DNA of 64,000 nucleotides from Octopus vulgaris (lineage: Eukaryota), in assembly GCA_951406725.2 (NCBI GenBank), contig OX597817.1:160704001-160768000 (forward strand). Reading direction: 5' to 3'. Numbering within the stretch: position 1 is the stretch's first letter; each line of letters opens with the position of its first letter. The notes under the pieces are model-generated. The model saw only the letters and a list, made by a program, of their open reading frames with translations. It was not told where the DNA came from and ran no database searches. Shown in pieces: positions 47,601 through 59,372 of the stretch. The position numbers and the translations under genes were made by a program.

Positions 47601-49853
47601 GGAAGTATCAACAAAGACCACAAGTTGTTAAAGGAGAAGCATAATAAATTTAAATTGATCCAAGTAATTATCTGGTATTTATTTTATCTCAAAAGAATGA
47701 AAGGCAAAGTCAATGACAACAGAATTTAAACTGAATGTAAAGACACAAAATTAAATACTGCAAGACATTTTAAGTCCATCGTTCAATCATTTTTGAAACT
47801 TCCCTGTCAGCTAATAGATATTGATATTAAATGGTTACATGAGTTTGAACAGTGCTGTTCTGATTAACAAATGATTAATGATAGTTATAAATCATGCTAC
47901 AGCTGAACAAAGAGTCAGAGCTAAAATAATGAAATAATTATGCAAGTTCTGTTTAATTTTTGTCAAATGGGATTGATCCTGGTGTTATGAAAAAGCAAAG
48001 TAGTAAAAACTGTCTATTGACTAAAGTATTTGGGAAATTATTCTGTGTACTTCGGTCATGATAGATATTTGTATTCAACTCAAATTATATTACAATGCAT
48101 TACAATGTAAAGAAAAGCAGTGAGTTGGCAGAATCGTTAACATGCTGGACAAAATTCTCAGCAGTATTTCTTCCAGCTTTTTACATTCTGAGTTCAAATA
48201 CAGCCAAGGTTGATTTTGCCTTTCATTCTTTCAGGGTTAATAAAATAAAGACCAGTTGAATATTGGGGTCAGTGTAAATTGATTTTTCCCTTCTATCAAA
48301 ATTTCAAGCCTGTAGTAGAAAAAAGAATTATAATGTAAAGAATGTGAAAACCTCCCAAGCTTGTAGTTTAGGTTTTTTAAGCTAATGAAAGATAAATCTC
48401 TTTCAAGACAGGATTCCTGTATAATATCCTTGACAGGTGAGATGAGGTAATATAAAATAAAGTATTCTGTTCAGAAACATAATGAAATACTTGAAGCTAA
48501 TTTGAACTCATACGAGCAGCTGGTTTAATATCTTGTCTACTGAGCTATTAATGATCTCTTTAATTTCTTGGTCATCCTTTCCTTTTGAAGATGACCAAAA
48601 TGGCAGCTTTTAACTACTAGCAGCATTTCTTAAAAGAGCATCAGCAATGAAGGATACAGTTGCATAATGACCAGCAAATTGCACCTGCTACTACTTATAT
48701 TACTTGTGCTAAACGTGGATTATAATAAAAGAGAGCAGCGCTGGACAGACAGCCTCATTCACTCATTCCCGATTTCCTGGCCCAGTGACAAGGTGAGCTG
48801 AGACAACTAGAGATACACAAGGGATTCAGTAGGATGATCAAGGCAATAGGCATGCCTCTCTAAAGTATGCATCTCACTTTGATGTTGGTAAGTATTGTCT
48901 CTTCAACAGTTGAAGTTTGACCACCAGTGGCTGAGTTTCCTCTGCAATATCTGCTAGAAATCTATTCTTCACAATCACCTGAAGAATTTCATATGTTTAA
49001 AACCCATCCGTTACTTTCATCTTACTCTAACCAGCCAGCTAATGCCTGTGCACAGGAGGTAGTAGACTGATACAGTTTATGGGGCTACAAGTGAGTCATG
49101 AATGTGTGGTGGTAGCTAATGAATAATGAGCTGTCCTGAGAAGGAATTAGCAAGAACCCTACCAAAACATTGCTCCTTTCCAACATCCCATACCTCTTAA
49201 TGTAAGAGAGCTCTGATTATAGATCAACAATACTTTGTAGTATCATAAGAAAAGACTAACTACAACCATTATGAATAGAGAGATCATTCTCATGTGTCAT
49301 GTTGTTTAGTTGTCATTAATTTAAAAAAAATTTTTTATACTGGTTATAGTCGTTGGTAGGTACTTATCTTATTGATTGCTTTTTATTGAACTGCAAAGTT
49401 AAGGGACATAAAAGGGACCATAGAAACAACAACACTGTTTTTTTTTTAGGTTGGTGTTAATATGAACACACAAAATACCAACACATGTATGCACACACAA
49501 ACACACACACGGACACATATGATAGGCTTTAGTACAGTTTCCATGTATTAAATTACACTCATGAGGCTACAGAAGAAAATACTTATGCAAGGTACCAAGC
49601 AATCAGATGAAACCTGAAAACAAGTGGTTGTGAAGTGAACTTCTCAAATACACATCCACATTTGTACCTGAGAGATGTGACAAATTTATAGAAGTAAAGA
49701 AACCAATCTTACCACAATCCATCCCATTCGCAGAAAGATAACAACTCCAAGTAAGTTGATAAGACAGGATGTAAAAACACCATCCCAAGTCCCAAATAGA
49801 ATGGGTTCTGAGATGAAAAAATTGGCTTTCCACCATGGTTTATGGGATAATTG
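27606..49853 (-). CDS. SLC12A8: Solute carrier family 12 member 8 (CCC9), 5'-incomplete; complement(join(49713-49853,45805-45996,45010-45127,43504-43617,38490-38691,36921-37008,35579-35725,34347-34887,32459-32547,30281-30398,28438-28495,27606-27768)), 1971 nt, 656 aa + stop
   Basis: 12 GT-AG exons with consistent phases. Motifs [94 protein letters not shown] and [18 protein letters not shown] match SLC12A8 specifically, including the short C-terminus without the large CCC cytosolic domain. Confidence 0.95.
28438..28495 (-). CDS. SLC12A8: SLC12A8 exon ([20 protein letters not shown])
   Basis: 58 nt, phase 1/2, tttttgcag acceptor, GTAAGT donor. Confidence 0.9.
29260..29665 (+). mobile_element. 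SINE family B (further copies: ~2750-3093 -, ~4305-4585 -, ~28660-29055 -, ~37270-37470 -, ~44440-44605 -, ~49360-49650 -, ~51090-51477 -)
   Basis: Shared consensus ...ggttcagtcccactgcgtggcaccttgggcaagtgtcttctactatagcc...gtcaaatgactgaaacaagtaaaagag. Confidence 0.88.
30045..30220. repeat. Complex (TG)/(TGCA)/(TATG) microsatellite
   Basis: Direct observation; source of His/Thr- and Cys/Val-rich spurious ORFs. Confidence 0.92.
30281..30398 (-). CDS. SLC12A8: SLC12A8 exon ([40 protein letters not shown])
   Basis: 118 nt, phase 0/1, TM11-12. Confidence 0.94.
30590..30926 (+). mobile_element. RTE/RTE-X-like LINE 3' end, ORF C-terminus intact
   Basis: ORF 30595-30915 (...[11 protein letters not shown]...LLLWKP...[12 protein letters not shown]......L...MMDREVWR) is typical of the RTE-like post-RT region, followed by (TGA)n. 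Second copy at ~43100-43343 (-). Confidence 0.88.
31763..32059. repeat. Inverted repeat with a perfect 83-bp core
   Basis: 31800-31882 is the exact reverse complement of 31937-32019, with a 54-nt spacer; outer arms are diverged. Confidence 0.92.
32459..32547 (-). CDS. SLC12A8: SLC12A8 exon ([30 protein letters not shown])
   Basis: 89 nt, phase 1/0, ttttcag acceptor, GTAAGT donor. Confidence 0.92.
33278..33413. mobile_element. Short hAT-like MITE
   Basis: TIR AGTCATGGACAA/TTGTCCATGACTG, flanked by GTTTATA(A) on both sides. Confidence 0.65.
34347..34887 (-). CDS. SLC12A8: SLC12A8 large exon ([11 protein letters not shown]...TM9-TM10...long hydrophilic loop...EPKPAM)
   Basis: 541 nt, phase 0/1; overlaps ORF 34243..34851; ttccag acceptor, GTAAAT donor (weak, but gives the phase the next exon needs). 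Confidence 0.9.
34950..35165. repeat. Complex (CATA)n/(CA)n microsatellite
   Basis: Direct observation, just upstream of the acceptor of the large SLC12A8 exon. Confidence 0.92.
35579..35725 (-). CDS. SLC12A8: SLC12A8 exon ([16 protein letters not shown]...[22 protein letters not shown])
   Basis: 147 nt, phase 0/0. Confidence 0.95.
36921..37008 (-). CDS. SLC12A8: SLC12A8 exon ([29 protein letters not shown])
   Basis: 88 nt, phase 2/0, GTAAGT donor. Confidence 0.94.
37478..37810 (-). mobile_element. LINE 3' end (probably RTE-BovB type) with two C2H2 zinc fingers and a (TGTA)n tail
   Basis: [21 protein letters not shown] and [22 protein letters not shown], then a short UTR (...gccatactcgataacgagggggcagcc) and a simple-repeat tail. 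Confidence 0.75.
38357..38470. repeat. Polypurine tract (GGAA)n(GGGA)n(GAAA)n
   Basis: Direct observation, about 20 nt from an SLC12A8 donor site. Confidence 0.9.
38490..38691 (-). CDS. SLC12A8: SLC12A8 exon (ANGVLGY...[20 protein letters not shown]...LSALGVS), TM6
   Basis: 202 nt, phase 1/2, GTAAGT donor. Confidence 0.95.
39092..39476 (-). mobile_element. Non-autonomous Helitron-like element, full length
   Basis: On the minus strand: A|TC...GC-rich subterminal segment (cctgagcaatgccgggcg)...CTAG|T. Near-identical to 59373-59696; shares its 3' end with 60729-61122. Confidence 0.82.
40255..40438. repeat. ~90-bp-arm imperfect palindrome (MITE-like hairpin) with almost no loop
   Basis: tcataagg...tgctagaaatgagag...aaataacactgaaaacaataacaga|a|tctgttgttgttttcagtgttattt...ctctcatttctagca...ccttatga. 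Confidence 0.75.
41425..41985 (+). mobile_element. R4/Dong-like non-LTR retrotransposon 3' end (REL endonuclease), internally duplicated, embedded in (TAA)n
   Basis: [11 protein letters not shown]..., [11 protein letters not shown]...[36 protein letters not shown]; segment ~41508-41607 repeated at ~41856-41955; followed by (TAA)n at 41985-42027. Confidence 0.82.
42030..43460 (-). mobile_element. Cluster of 5-6 co-oriented SINE family C copies separated by (TAA)n
   Basis: Repeated ...cacaaggcc...aattt...ttattttatcgacc...ggatgaaaggcaaagt...ggaatttgaactcagaa units, with aataataat spacers. Confidence 0.85.
43504..43617 (-). CDS. SLC12A8: SLC12A8 exon ([15 protein letters not shown]...GSFVHTDP)
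   Basis: 114 nt, phase 1/1. Confidence 0.95.
45010..45127 (-). CDS. SLC12A8: SLC12A8 exon ([17 protein letters not shown]...[11 protein letters not shown])
   Basis: 118 nt, phase 0/1, tacag acceptor and GTAAGC donor. Confidence 0.93.
45805..45996 (-). CDS. SLC12A8: SLC12A8 exon ([11 protein letters not shown]...[12 protein letters not shown])
   Basis: 192 nt, phase 0/0, AG/GT boundaries. Confidence 0.95.
46765..46845. repeat. (GAAT)n(GTAT)n compound microsatellite
   Basis: Direct observation. Confidence 0.92.
49713..49853 (-). CDS. SLC12A8: SLC12A8 exon ([47 protein letters not shown]), TM1
   Basis: ctttttcag acceptor; GTAAG donor; 141 nt, phase 0/0. Not in the ORF track in this frame. 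Confidence 0.95.
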
Positions 49854-51882
49854 CTGAAAAAGGAAAGAAAATATACATATATATAATTATACTAAAGAAT
49901 ATTTGCAATAATAATGGTTTGTAACAAGCAAAAGGCCCTTCAGTTTGGTGGGTCAGTACAACTGGCTGAACTGATCTCAGTTCATATACTTAAGAGGATG
50001 GAAAAATAGAGCTGTAATATTTTGTCTCAGAGAAACTTCCTAAAGAGACTTGTATGTTAAAATACACACCAGTCTCTCAGACAGACCAGTGTCACAGCAT
50101 TATAAATGTTATTCACATCACTAATTTAATCTAATGATGTTTCAAATGAATATATTGATAAAATCATTTGAAAATGAGTATCAGATTGATGGAAAGAGAC
50201 TTTGGAATATTGCAATATTTGTGCTGTTCCCTAGAGCATTAGATTAGAATAGATTAGATTAGATGGAACTTGCTACTCTTGATGTGAGGATCAGATATTT
50301 AAATGAATGTCACTGATTCAGTTTGCTTTAATTTCCATCATGACCATCACCACAAAAATAAGAAGAGTAAACATTAAAAAAAAAAGCAATAGAAAAAATG
50401 TGAAGGAAAAAGAAGCCATTCCTTCTATGGTGGACCAAGACACTGTTTAGCAGATGATGGGATATGACCTGTCAACTTCTCAGCTTAGTATGCAAGCACT
50501 CAACCAACAAGACTAGACGTGACTCAACAAAACTATGGCATATTAAAAAAAAAAATAGTTTTTGCTAACTGTTCTGTTAAAAGCTGGTAGTAATTGCTAT
50601 ACATGATATCTGAGTTACTGCTGTAAGTGTGCAATAATTTAGTAATTGTTAATTTGCAATTGGAGAACAAGCAGTGGAATTTCACAATGACTAATTACAA
50701 TTTTCAGGGTTACTATACCATTGTATACATAACTAGTAGAATGACAAGTTACACATTCATTATAAATGTTCTGCACAACTGGTTGTATGGTTAAGCAGCT
50801 AAACTGTTGGTTTAATAGGTAAGGCAATTATTGCTTCACAGCGTTATATGGTGTGGCATGAAATTGAAGCTGTTGAATGTCCTTCAGACATTTTCATTAT
50901 TTTATTTATAGTGAAATTTCAATTCCTGATTGAGCCATTAACTTATCAGGTTTTTTGCTTTTTTGAAATGTTTTATGGACACAATAGTTGCTTGCTAATT
51001 AAGAAACCATTGTAGCAGCAGTAATAGTAAGAGTAGCAGACATTATCAACTGCCAAAATTTTTATATCTATTTAATCATATCTTTTATATTGTACTTGTT
51101 TCACTCACTGGACTGTGGCCATGCTAGGGTACTGCCTTTATACCCAGTACTTATTTTTTAAAGCCTGGTACTAATTCTATTGGTCTCTTTGCCAAACCAC
51201 TAAGTTACAGGGATGTAAACAAACCAAAACCCGTTGACAAAGAGGTAAGGGGACATGTGCAAAGACACTCACACAAATATATATAGAGAGAGGTGGGAGA
51301 TACACACACACACACATGATGGGTTTCTTTCAATTTCCATCTACCAAATCCTCTCACAAGCCTTTGGTCAGCCTGAAAGCTATAGCAGAAACATTTACCC
51401 AAGATACCATTCGGTGGAAGTGAACCCAGAACCATATGGTTCTGAAGCAAACTAAGTTCTTATCGCACAGCCATGCCTGAAGACATACAACATAGATTTG
51501 TCTTTTTAACTATTATTAGTAATGATATGCTACTCTTGTTCAAAAAAACTCTACTAAAGGTACCCACAGTACCAGGTGGTGGTTGTTCAACCAGGCAACA
51601 GATTAAGTTTACCACACAGGTAGGCCATGGGGGAATTTGGATTCAGAATGCAAAGAACCAGAACAATACCACAAGGCATCCAATGTTATTACAATTTTGT
51701 CTTCGATTCACTGCCTTAAATAAACATGTTTCAGAAAAAGTAACAACACCAAATGTAATATAGGGCAAAACAAACAAACAAATGCATGTAAGATCTGTGC
51801 ATTAATAGTGCTCCAGCATGGCTACAATTAAGGGTTTAAAGTTTCTCAGGAACCAAAGAAATAATATTGATTTCTAAGGTAT

Positions 51883-52310
51883 AGTCATGGCTGTGTGGTT
51901 AAGTTTGCTTCCCAACCACATGGTTCTGGGTTCAGTCCCACAGTATAGCATCTTGTACAAATGTTTTCTATTATAGCCCCAGGTCAGCCAAAGCCTTGAG
52001 AGTGAATTTGGTGGATATATATTGTGTGGAAGCTTATCATATATGAATATATATGTTTATGTATGTGTAAATATGTGTATGTTTGTGGCTCCTTGTCTTG
52101 ACTTTGTATGATAGTTACAAATGAGTATCACTGTCAGACAAGCAGTGTTGACTATATCCACTCTTCTGTGAAAACATGTCTGGCCATGGTGAAATATTAG
52201 TTTGCTTGGAAACAAAGGAAGGTTGGTAACAGGAAGAGCATTCAGTCATAGAAAATATGCCTCAACAAAGTCCACCTAATCCATGCAAGCATGGAAAAGT
52301 GGATGTCAGA

Positions 52311-52342
<32 letters not shown>
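51883..52342 (+). mobile_element. Chimeric SINE, family E: family-B head joined to an RTE-type 3' tail ending in (TGA)n
   Basis: Head matches family B; tail aggaagagcattcag...ccatgcaagcatggaaaagtggatgtc...atgatgatg matches the RTE 3' end. Other copies ~19615-19960, ~23570-23970, ~58845-59315(-), ~60330-60660(-). Confidence 0.8.
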
Positions 52343-52343
<1 letters not shown>

Positions 52344-52791
52344 GTCTAATATAGGCACATCACTACAAATTTTGGGGGATGAAACAGTTGATTTAACTGA
52401 CTGCAGTACTTCTTGGATTTATTTTATTGACTCCAGAAAGTTAAAAGGTAATGTCAACTTTTGTAGGATTTAAACACTGGGCTTAAAAGGTTGGACACTC
52501 CATCAATTGTGACAAAGAGTGTTCTAGTTGATTTGATCACCAGAACAGACTGCTCATGAAATTAATGTAGTAGTGGCTGAGCATTCCACAGACATATGTA
52601 TCCTTAATGTAGTTCTCAGGGAGATTCAGAGTGACACAGAATGGGACAAGGCTATCCAACTGAACTACAAGTATAACTCATTTTTGCCAGTGAGTTAACT
52701 GGAACATGAAATAAAGTGGCTTGCTCAAGGACAATACACTACCGGGAATCAAACTCATGGTCTAGTAACCGCTAAGTCAAACATCTTAAAT

Positions 52792-53103
52792 CAGTGGTTC
52801 CCAAACTTTTTCGGGTTGCCGCCCCCTTGACACCCAGGCCACATTACTAGTGACCACACCCCAACTAACCATCACAAACATAGATCTCTTTCTGAAGCAA
52901 ATTTAAAGCAACAGTATTTAACAAATAAAACTTAAACCTAATGAACCCATTATTTTGTTGTTTTTACATGAATCACCACCCCATTATTGACCCAATTTTT
53001 ACATGAATTGTTACCTCATTATCACCTCACTTTTCTTCAACACCCACTTCGAATTTTCCACTGCCCCCAGGGGGAACATTACCACCCACTTTGGCAGCTA
53101 CTG
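52792..53103. mobile_element. hAT (Charlie-like) MITE
   Basis: 8-bp TSD TCTTAAAT (52784-52791, 53104-53111); CAGTGGTTCCCAAA...TTTGGCAGCTACTG termini. Confidence 0.85.
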
Positions 53104-53650
53104 TCTTAAATCGACATAACTAATTACCACATGGTATATATAGTCACTGTACTATTTCAAATACTGATTTTTAACATACAGTTATCATGATAACTCAGAC
53201 TCATAAAACCAGAATTTGACCTAATTTCCATGATGTATAAATGACTGAGATTACAACTCTCCTCTCTGAAATGGATGCTGGTCTGTCACAAGGTTAACAT
53301 TTCAGTTAATGCTGGTACTCATTTACAGTTGAGTGGACTGGAGCAATGAAAAATGAAGTGTTTTGATCAAGAACACAATGCACTACTCAGTCTGGGAATT
53401 GAAACCACAATATTATGTTTGTGAGTGCAACACCCTAAACATTAGGTAATGCACTTTCATCTGGCATATGCTACTGGACTCAGATTATTGATGAAAGAAC
53501 AGTCAATTATATTGACCCCCAGTATTTGACTTATTTATCAGCCCTAACAGAATTTGAAACCACAATATAAAGGGACATAGCTAAATACCACAAGGAGTGT
53601 TGTCTAACACTTTACCAATTTACAATCATTGCTGCTATTTTTGTTTATAT

Positions 53651-53970
53651 AATAATAATAATAATAATAATTGTGTACAGTGCTCAGGTGCACTACAACT
53701 CATCTAAAGTGTATATATAATCAGGTGTAGTTTCGGTGGATTTCAGAAAGCATGAGGGCCTTAAAGGATGCAGTGTCATGGCAGTCAACAACTGACGCAG
53801 GCAGTTTATTCCATGCTTCAGCAACTCTGAGCGTGAAAAAATGTTTCCGAAAGTCATAGGAGCTGTGTTGTTTTCTGACTTTGTAGGCATGTCCACGTGT
53901 GTTAGACACATGGAGATCAAAAAGGTGTTCAGTGTTGTTGTTGATGAGGTGGTTGATAACTTTGTGGGTG
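53651..53970 (-). mobile_element. CR1-clade LINE 3' end with (ATT)n tail
   Basis: ORF 53721..54035: TRGHAYKV......RKHFFTLRVAEAWNKLPASVV...FK; 3' UTR tagtgcacctgagcactgtacacaattattatt. Shorter copy at ~31070-31240 (+); related tail at ~38731-38855 (-). Confidence 0.88.
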
Positions 53971-55729
53971 TTTATAACAATAGAGATTTTTTTGTTTTGT
54001 ATGTAACATCTGTATTTAATTGACTCAATCAACAATAAATAATTTGCAAGAAACTATTGATCTCAACATTTTTTGACATACTTCTATTCTTGATAAAGGA
54101 GATAAAAGAAAATGAGATTTGTTTTTTAGGAAATACAAAGATTAAGCAATGGCTCAATATTGGTAGAAGTTTATGCACTAATATGTACCGATACTGAATT
54201 TGGAGCAAAATTATGTAATTATAACCATTTTATGCTTATTGACATCATTATTATTATTTGATTATTGTTATTACTAAAGGTCACAGGGTTTGATATTTAG
54301 TCACACCTCTTTGCATTCTGAACTCAAATCCTGCAGAAGTCAGTTTCGCCTTTAATCCTTTTAAGTTGTACACAGAGAGATGAAAGACAACATTGATCTC
54401 AGTGGGATTTGAACTCAAAATGTATAGAGCTGGAACAATTACCACAAGACATTTTCCACTAATACAGCTTAGCACCAGTGATGTCACAACTCATTTCTAC
54501 AGCTGAGTGAACTGGAGCAACATGAAATAAGGTATTTTGCTCAAGAACATGACAATTTTTTCACTAATTAAAAACAATATCACATCATTATTTTAAAAGA
54601 AAATTCCATGGGTTGGTAGAGTTAAAAAATTTTGGCCAAAGTAAAGCTTATAAAAATTAGTAGATGGTTGAGCCAGATATTATACATAAGAAAAAGATAG
54701 AGTAAATACACAACGAGAGAATACAGAGAAAGAAAAGGAATGAAAAAGAAAGTAACCAAATTAAAAAAGTAAAGTAGAGACGTAAGAGAAAGAAAACATA
54801 CTAAAATACTAAAAATAAAAGCAGAAGGGGAAACATTAAGAAAGAAAAAAAGGAGAAGAGATAGTGTGAAGTGCTACATTTTAAGGCATCTTTAGTAGGG
54901 GTTTTATAAAGATGTTTTAGTGTCAAGTGGGAATATATGAGGAGGTGCGGAAAAGTTCTTGGCTTTAAGGGTATCGCAAAAGGCCTGGTTGGAGGCCCAA
55001 CCTTCTGAGTTCTTTTACAGGGCTTAGAAAAACTGAAGGACCATTGCAATAAGTGTGTGAATCTGAGAAGAGAATATGTTGGATAAAATCATAATTAACG
55101 AAGCCTCCTGTATTTCTTTCTACCCAAAGCCAGGAACTTTTCAGCAATCCCTTGCATGCTTATAAGAGGAGAAGGAAGAGAAGGTATAAGACAATAAAAT
55201 GAACTTAAAAGAGAGAGGAGATGAGATGAAAAGACATGAAAGGTGAATGAAAGAGTGATTGTGAGGTGAGGGTGCAAGGACACTAGAAAGATATTATGTT
55301 AGTATATGGATTAAGTTGGGAAAAAAAGAAGGATAGAAGATAGATTATTGAAAAGCAAAGTGGAGAAATGAAAAGTACAGAAAGCAGTAAGAACAGATAA
55401 TAATTCTTTCTACTATAGGTACAAGGCCTGAAATTTTGAGTAAGGAGCTAGTTGAATTCATTGACCCACCCTAGTGCTCAGTTGGCACTTATTTCATCAA
55501 CCCAGAAGAAATGCCATGAAGTATTTTATCTGGTTTGTTAAAGATTCTATCGGCTCACCACCTTTGGGATAGATAACAACCCTTTCTAATCTAGGCCCAA
55601 TGTATGAAATTTTGGTGGGGGAGACAGACAGTTGATTATATCTACCCTTGTACTCAACTGGTACTTATTTTATCAACATTGAAAGGATGAAAGGTAAAAT
55701 CGACCTTGGTGAAATTTAAGCTCAGTATG

Positions 55730-55950
55730 TACAAGGAGGTGCTGAAAAGTTCCTGGTTTTAAGGGTGTCATGAAAGGCCTGGCCAGAGGACCAACCTTCC
55801 AAGTACTTTTACAGAGCTTAGAAAAACTGATAGACTGCTGCAATAAGTAAGTGCATCTGATAGGGGAATATGTTGAATAAAATCATAGTTAACAGATCCT
55901 TCAGTATTTTCTGTTACCCAAAGCCAGACACTTTTCAACACCCCCTTGTA
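55730..55950 (+). mobile_element. Mariner-derived MITE (~220 bp, TA TSD) nested in a family C SINE; other copies 54936-55156 and ~61921-62085 (truncated)
   Basis: TA-CAAGGAGGTGCTGAAAAGTTCCTGG...CTTTTCAACACCCCCTTG-TA; internal remnant LEKL.D.CNK.V.L.GEYVE*; the SINE resumes as aagacagac after the insertion. Confidence 0.85.
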
Positions 55951-57624
55951 AAGACAGACAAAATACCCCTAAGCAGTTTGTCCAGCAAGCTAATGGTTCT
56001 ATCAGCTTACTACCTTGGGGATGGGTAATAATAAATACTTATAAAGGGTAAAGGTAGCTGAACATTTTGGTAAAGCTAAGTCACTTTCATAAATACATTG
56101 GAAAAATATTTTAGAATATTCAATTAAGGTTAAAATAAAAGAGTTTACAATAAAACAAAATAAAAGCATATATCAATCTTTACATATGTTTGTGGATAGC
56201 TGCATAAAGAAGCACTGAGCTCTAACTGTGGAGAGTACATGTGGAAGGGGTAAACCTAGGAAGACATAGAACAAAGTGGTAAGAATGGATCTTCAGATGC
56301 TGGGCCTCACTGAGGAAATAACAAGGAACTGGGAGATGTGGTAACTTGCTGTACTTGATAAGACTTGTCAAGCTAAGTAAAATCGCAGTCTGCCACATAT
56401 ACAGGCTTATCCTTTCAGGTGCCAGTTCCACTTAAAAGGCACTCATGCCAATGTTGCATTAATGCACCCTTGCTGATGCTGCATAAATGCACCCATGACG
56501 GTGACATATAAAAAGCACCCAGCACACTCTATTAAGTGGTTAGCATTAGGAGGCACACAAAGCCATAGAAACAATACCACAATAGACAGCTGGGACTCTG
56601 AACAGCTCCCTGCTAGCCAGCTCCATGTCAGACCGTCCAAACCATGGCAACAAGGTGACCGGATATTAAATGATGATGATGATGGCATACATATATGTTT
56701 GTATGTATGTATGTATGTATGTATGTATGTATGTGTGTGTGTGTATCATCATCATCATCATCATTTAAGATATAAAGGACCTACAATTGTCATGGGTACT
56801 GCTCATCTCTCCAACTACATCATAACAGAACCCAAACCCAAGCATATACATCTGCTCCTACCCCCCCCACACACACACATACACACACATTAACATATAC
56901 ACCCACTAGCATAAATTATAGAGTTTACGAAGCATAAATAGCTAAAGTCAACTCTATTGATTAAATCTTTACAACAGCTGTACAAGAAATCACAACTTGG
57001 GTTACACTTATGTCAAATGACAGAGCAATAATTAATTTTTACACACACACACACACACCACACACAACACACCTGGTTATTGTCAGAAGACATTAATTTT
57101 CATGATGAAATTCAAAGCCAAGATTAGCTTAAGCAACAAGTTACATGATGGAGTAGAAATTAAAATAATTGCTGACTATTATAGACAATGAGTTTAAAAA
57201 TCAATGTATTGGCATGAATAAACCATCCACAAAATATTCTATGTAGGATTGAGCCAAGTAATTGGTAACTGTGTTTTGGATTTGTTTTCCTAATGATAGT
57301 ACAGAAGTACCAAATTGATATCAATGATAATGGTGAATCCTCTGAACTTGAGACAGTGTAACCTCTTCCACTCTACTCAACATGCATACATATTTATGTA
57401 TGCTTTCTTCTGTTTATAATTATTTGACATCTTCCTGTTAGGAAAAAGTTAGTTTTTAACAGAGATAGATAGCTGCATCAATTACTGGAATGTAGAAAAA
57501 AAAAAAAAACAAACTTCCATTTTAAACTTGAGAAATGTTTTCCATATTTTAACTGTTCTGATTACAGATTGTATTTGTAATGTGCAAATTAGACGGACAG
57601 ACAGACAGATACTGCAACGGAAAG

Positions 57625-58030
57625 GCTAGAAGCTGTCCACAAAACTCAAGATATACAAAGCTGTCATTCTCTCCACACTACTGTACGGTTGTGAAACATA
57701 GACTCCAAACTGCCGGCATATCACATAGTTGGAACAGTTCCATACAAGATCACTGTGCACAATAATGGGCATCTGCTGGCAGGACAGAGTCTTCAATCAA
57801 GAAGTCCAATGCAGAGCAGAGCCCACAAGTGTCAAGGAACATCTGCTCAAAGCTCAGTTATGTTGGACTGGCTATATCATCAGAATGAATGACCACTGCA
57901 CCCTGAGACAGCTGATGTACAGTGAGTTGAAGGAGAGCACAAGGCAACAAGGAAGAGCCAAATTGAGGTATAAGGACACCCTAAAGGGCAACCTAAAGTG
58001 ATGTGGCGTCCAGCCTCACAAACTCAAGAC
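57625..58030 (+). mobile_element. RTE-BovB-like LINE RT C-terminal fragment, decayed
   Basis: Translates LSTKLKIYKAVILSTLLYGCET*...LEQFHTRSLCTIMGICWQDRV.N.EV...A....V...L.KAQLCWTGYIIRMND...RQLMYSEL....R.QGR.KLRYKDTLK.NLK, with stops. Confidence 0.88.
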
Positions 58031-58478
58031 CACAACCACTATCTTAAAGCCAATACAGTTTGGCCTTAGTGTCATTGCAGACATTGGTGTCAGAACACAA
58101 AGAACAGGTACTGCAAATCATTTTGTCCAAAGCATTACTAGTTCTTCTGCCAATCCCCTATCCTGGGTAATATTTATATATGCAGATACATACATACATT
58201 CATACAGGGCATGAGATGTATTGGCACAGCTGTTTTTGGTAGTGTCTATTTGGCATCACTGATTTGATGCTGACTTATTTGACATGAGATGGTCCAATAT
58301 TTCCATCATTCTTGCCCCACCCTCTCTCTCTCTCTCTCTGTTTACATATTTAATAAAGACAGGTTATATGGATATACCACAAGTGGTATGAATCATTTAC
58401 CCCAAATTTAATGAATCCAATTAAATTAAAATAACTAAGTCATTAATTAGGTAATATTGCAATTATATCTCCCTTTAA

Positions 58479-58698
58479 CCCTTTCGTTACCAACCCGGCT
58501 GAAACCGGCTCTGGTTCTGAGTACAAATGTCTTGTTTTCATAAGTTTTAAAGTAAAATCTTCCACCAAACCTTAGTCACAATTTATGTTCATAATACTAG
58601 CTGAATGATAACTAAGTGATTTTTCTAAATTCTTTGTTATATTTAAAGTAATTGAAAGAAACACAGAACATCTCAAAATAAATACAGTAACGAAAGGG
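58479..58698. mobile_element. piggyBac-like MITE; second copy in the opposite orientation at 6194-6398
   Basis: TTAA TSD on both sides; perfect 12-bp TIR CCCTTTCGTTAC/GTAACGAAAGGG. Confidence 0.88.
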
Positions 58699-59372
58699 TT
58701 AAACAAATTTGTATGCTACCTATATAATATGTTTCCAGTTCTTATATCATAGTACATGTAACCACAAAACTAACATAAAATATACAGCAGAGGAAAAGAT
58801 GTTTGCTTTTTAAGTTCTACAGGACATCAAAGGACAATGCATGCATCATCATCTTTTAGTACACATCTTTCCATGCTTGCATGGGTCAAACAGAATTTGT
58901 TAAAGCAAAGTTTCTATAGCTGGATGCCCTTCCTGTTACCAAACCTCACCTGTTTTCAGGCTAGGTAAAATAGCCCCATGACCAGATATGTTTTTCACGG
59001 AAGACTGGCAATGACCAACCTTGCTTGTATGACAGTGATGCTCGTTTACAACCATTACATGATTTCAAGACAAGTGTACACAGATGCACACACACACACA
59101 CACATACACGCATGCACACACATATGTATATACATACATATACATATGATGGGATTCTTCCAATTTCTGTCAAACAAATCCACCCATTCACAAGGCTTTG
59201 GTCAACCCAGGGCTATAGTAGGAGACATTCACCCAAAATGTCACATGGTAGGATTGAATCCAGGACTACATGGTTATAAGCAAGCTTATTTACCACACAG
59301 CCACACCAGTGCCTATACATACAAATTTGATGGTATCCAAGACACTAATTACTAATAAGCAAGCCTTCCCTC

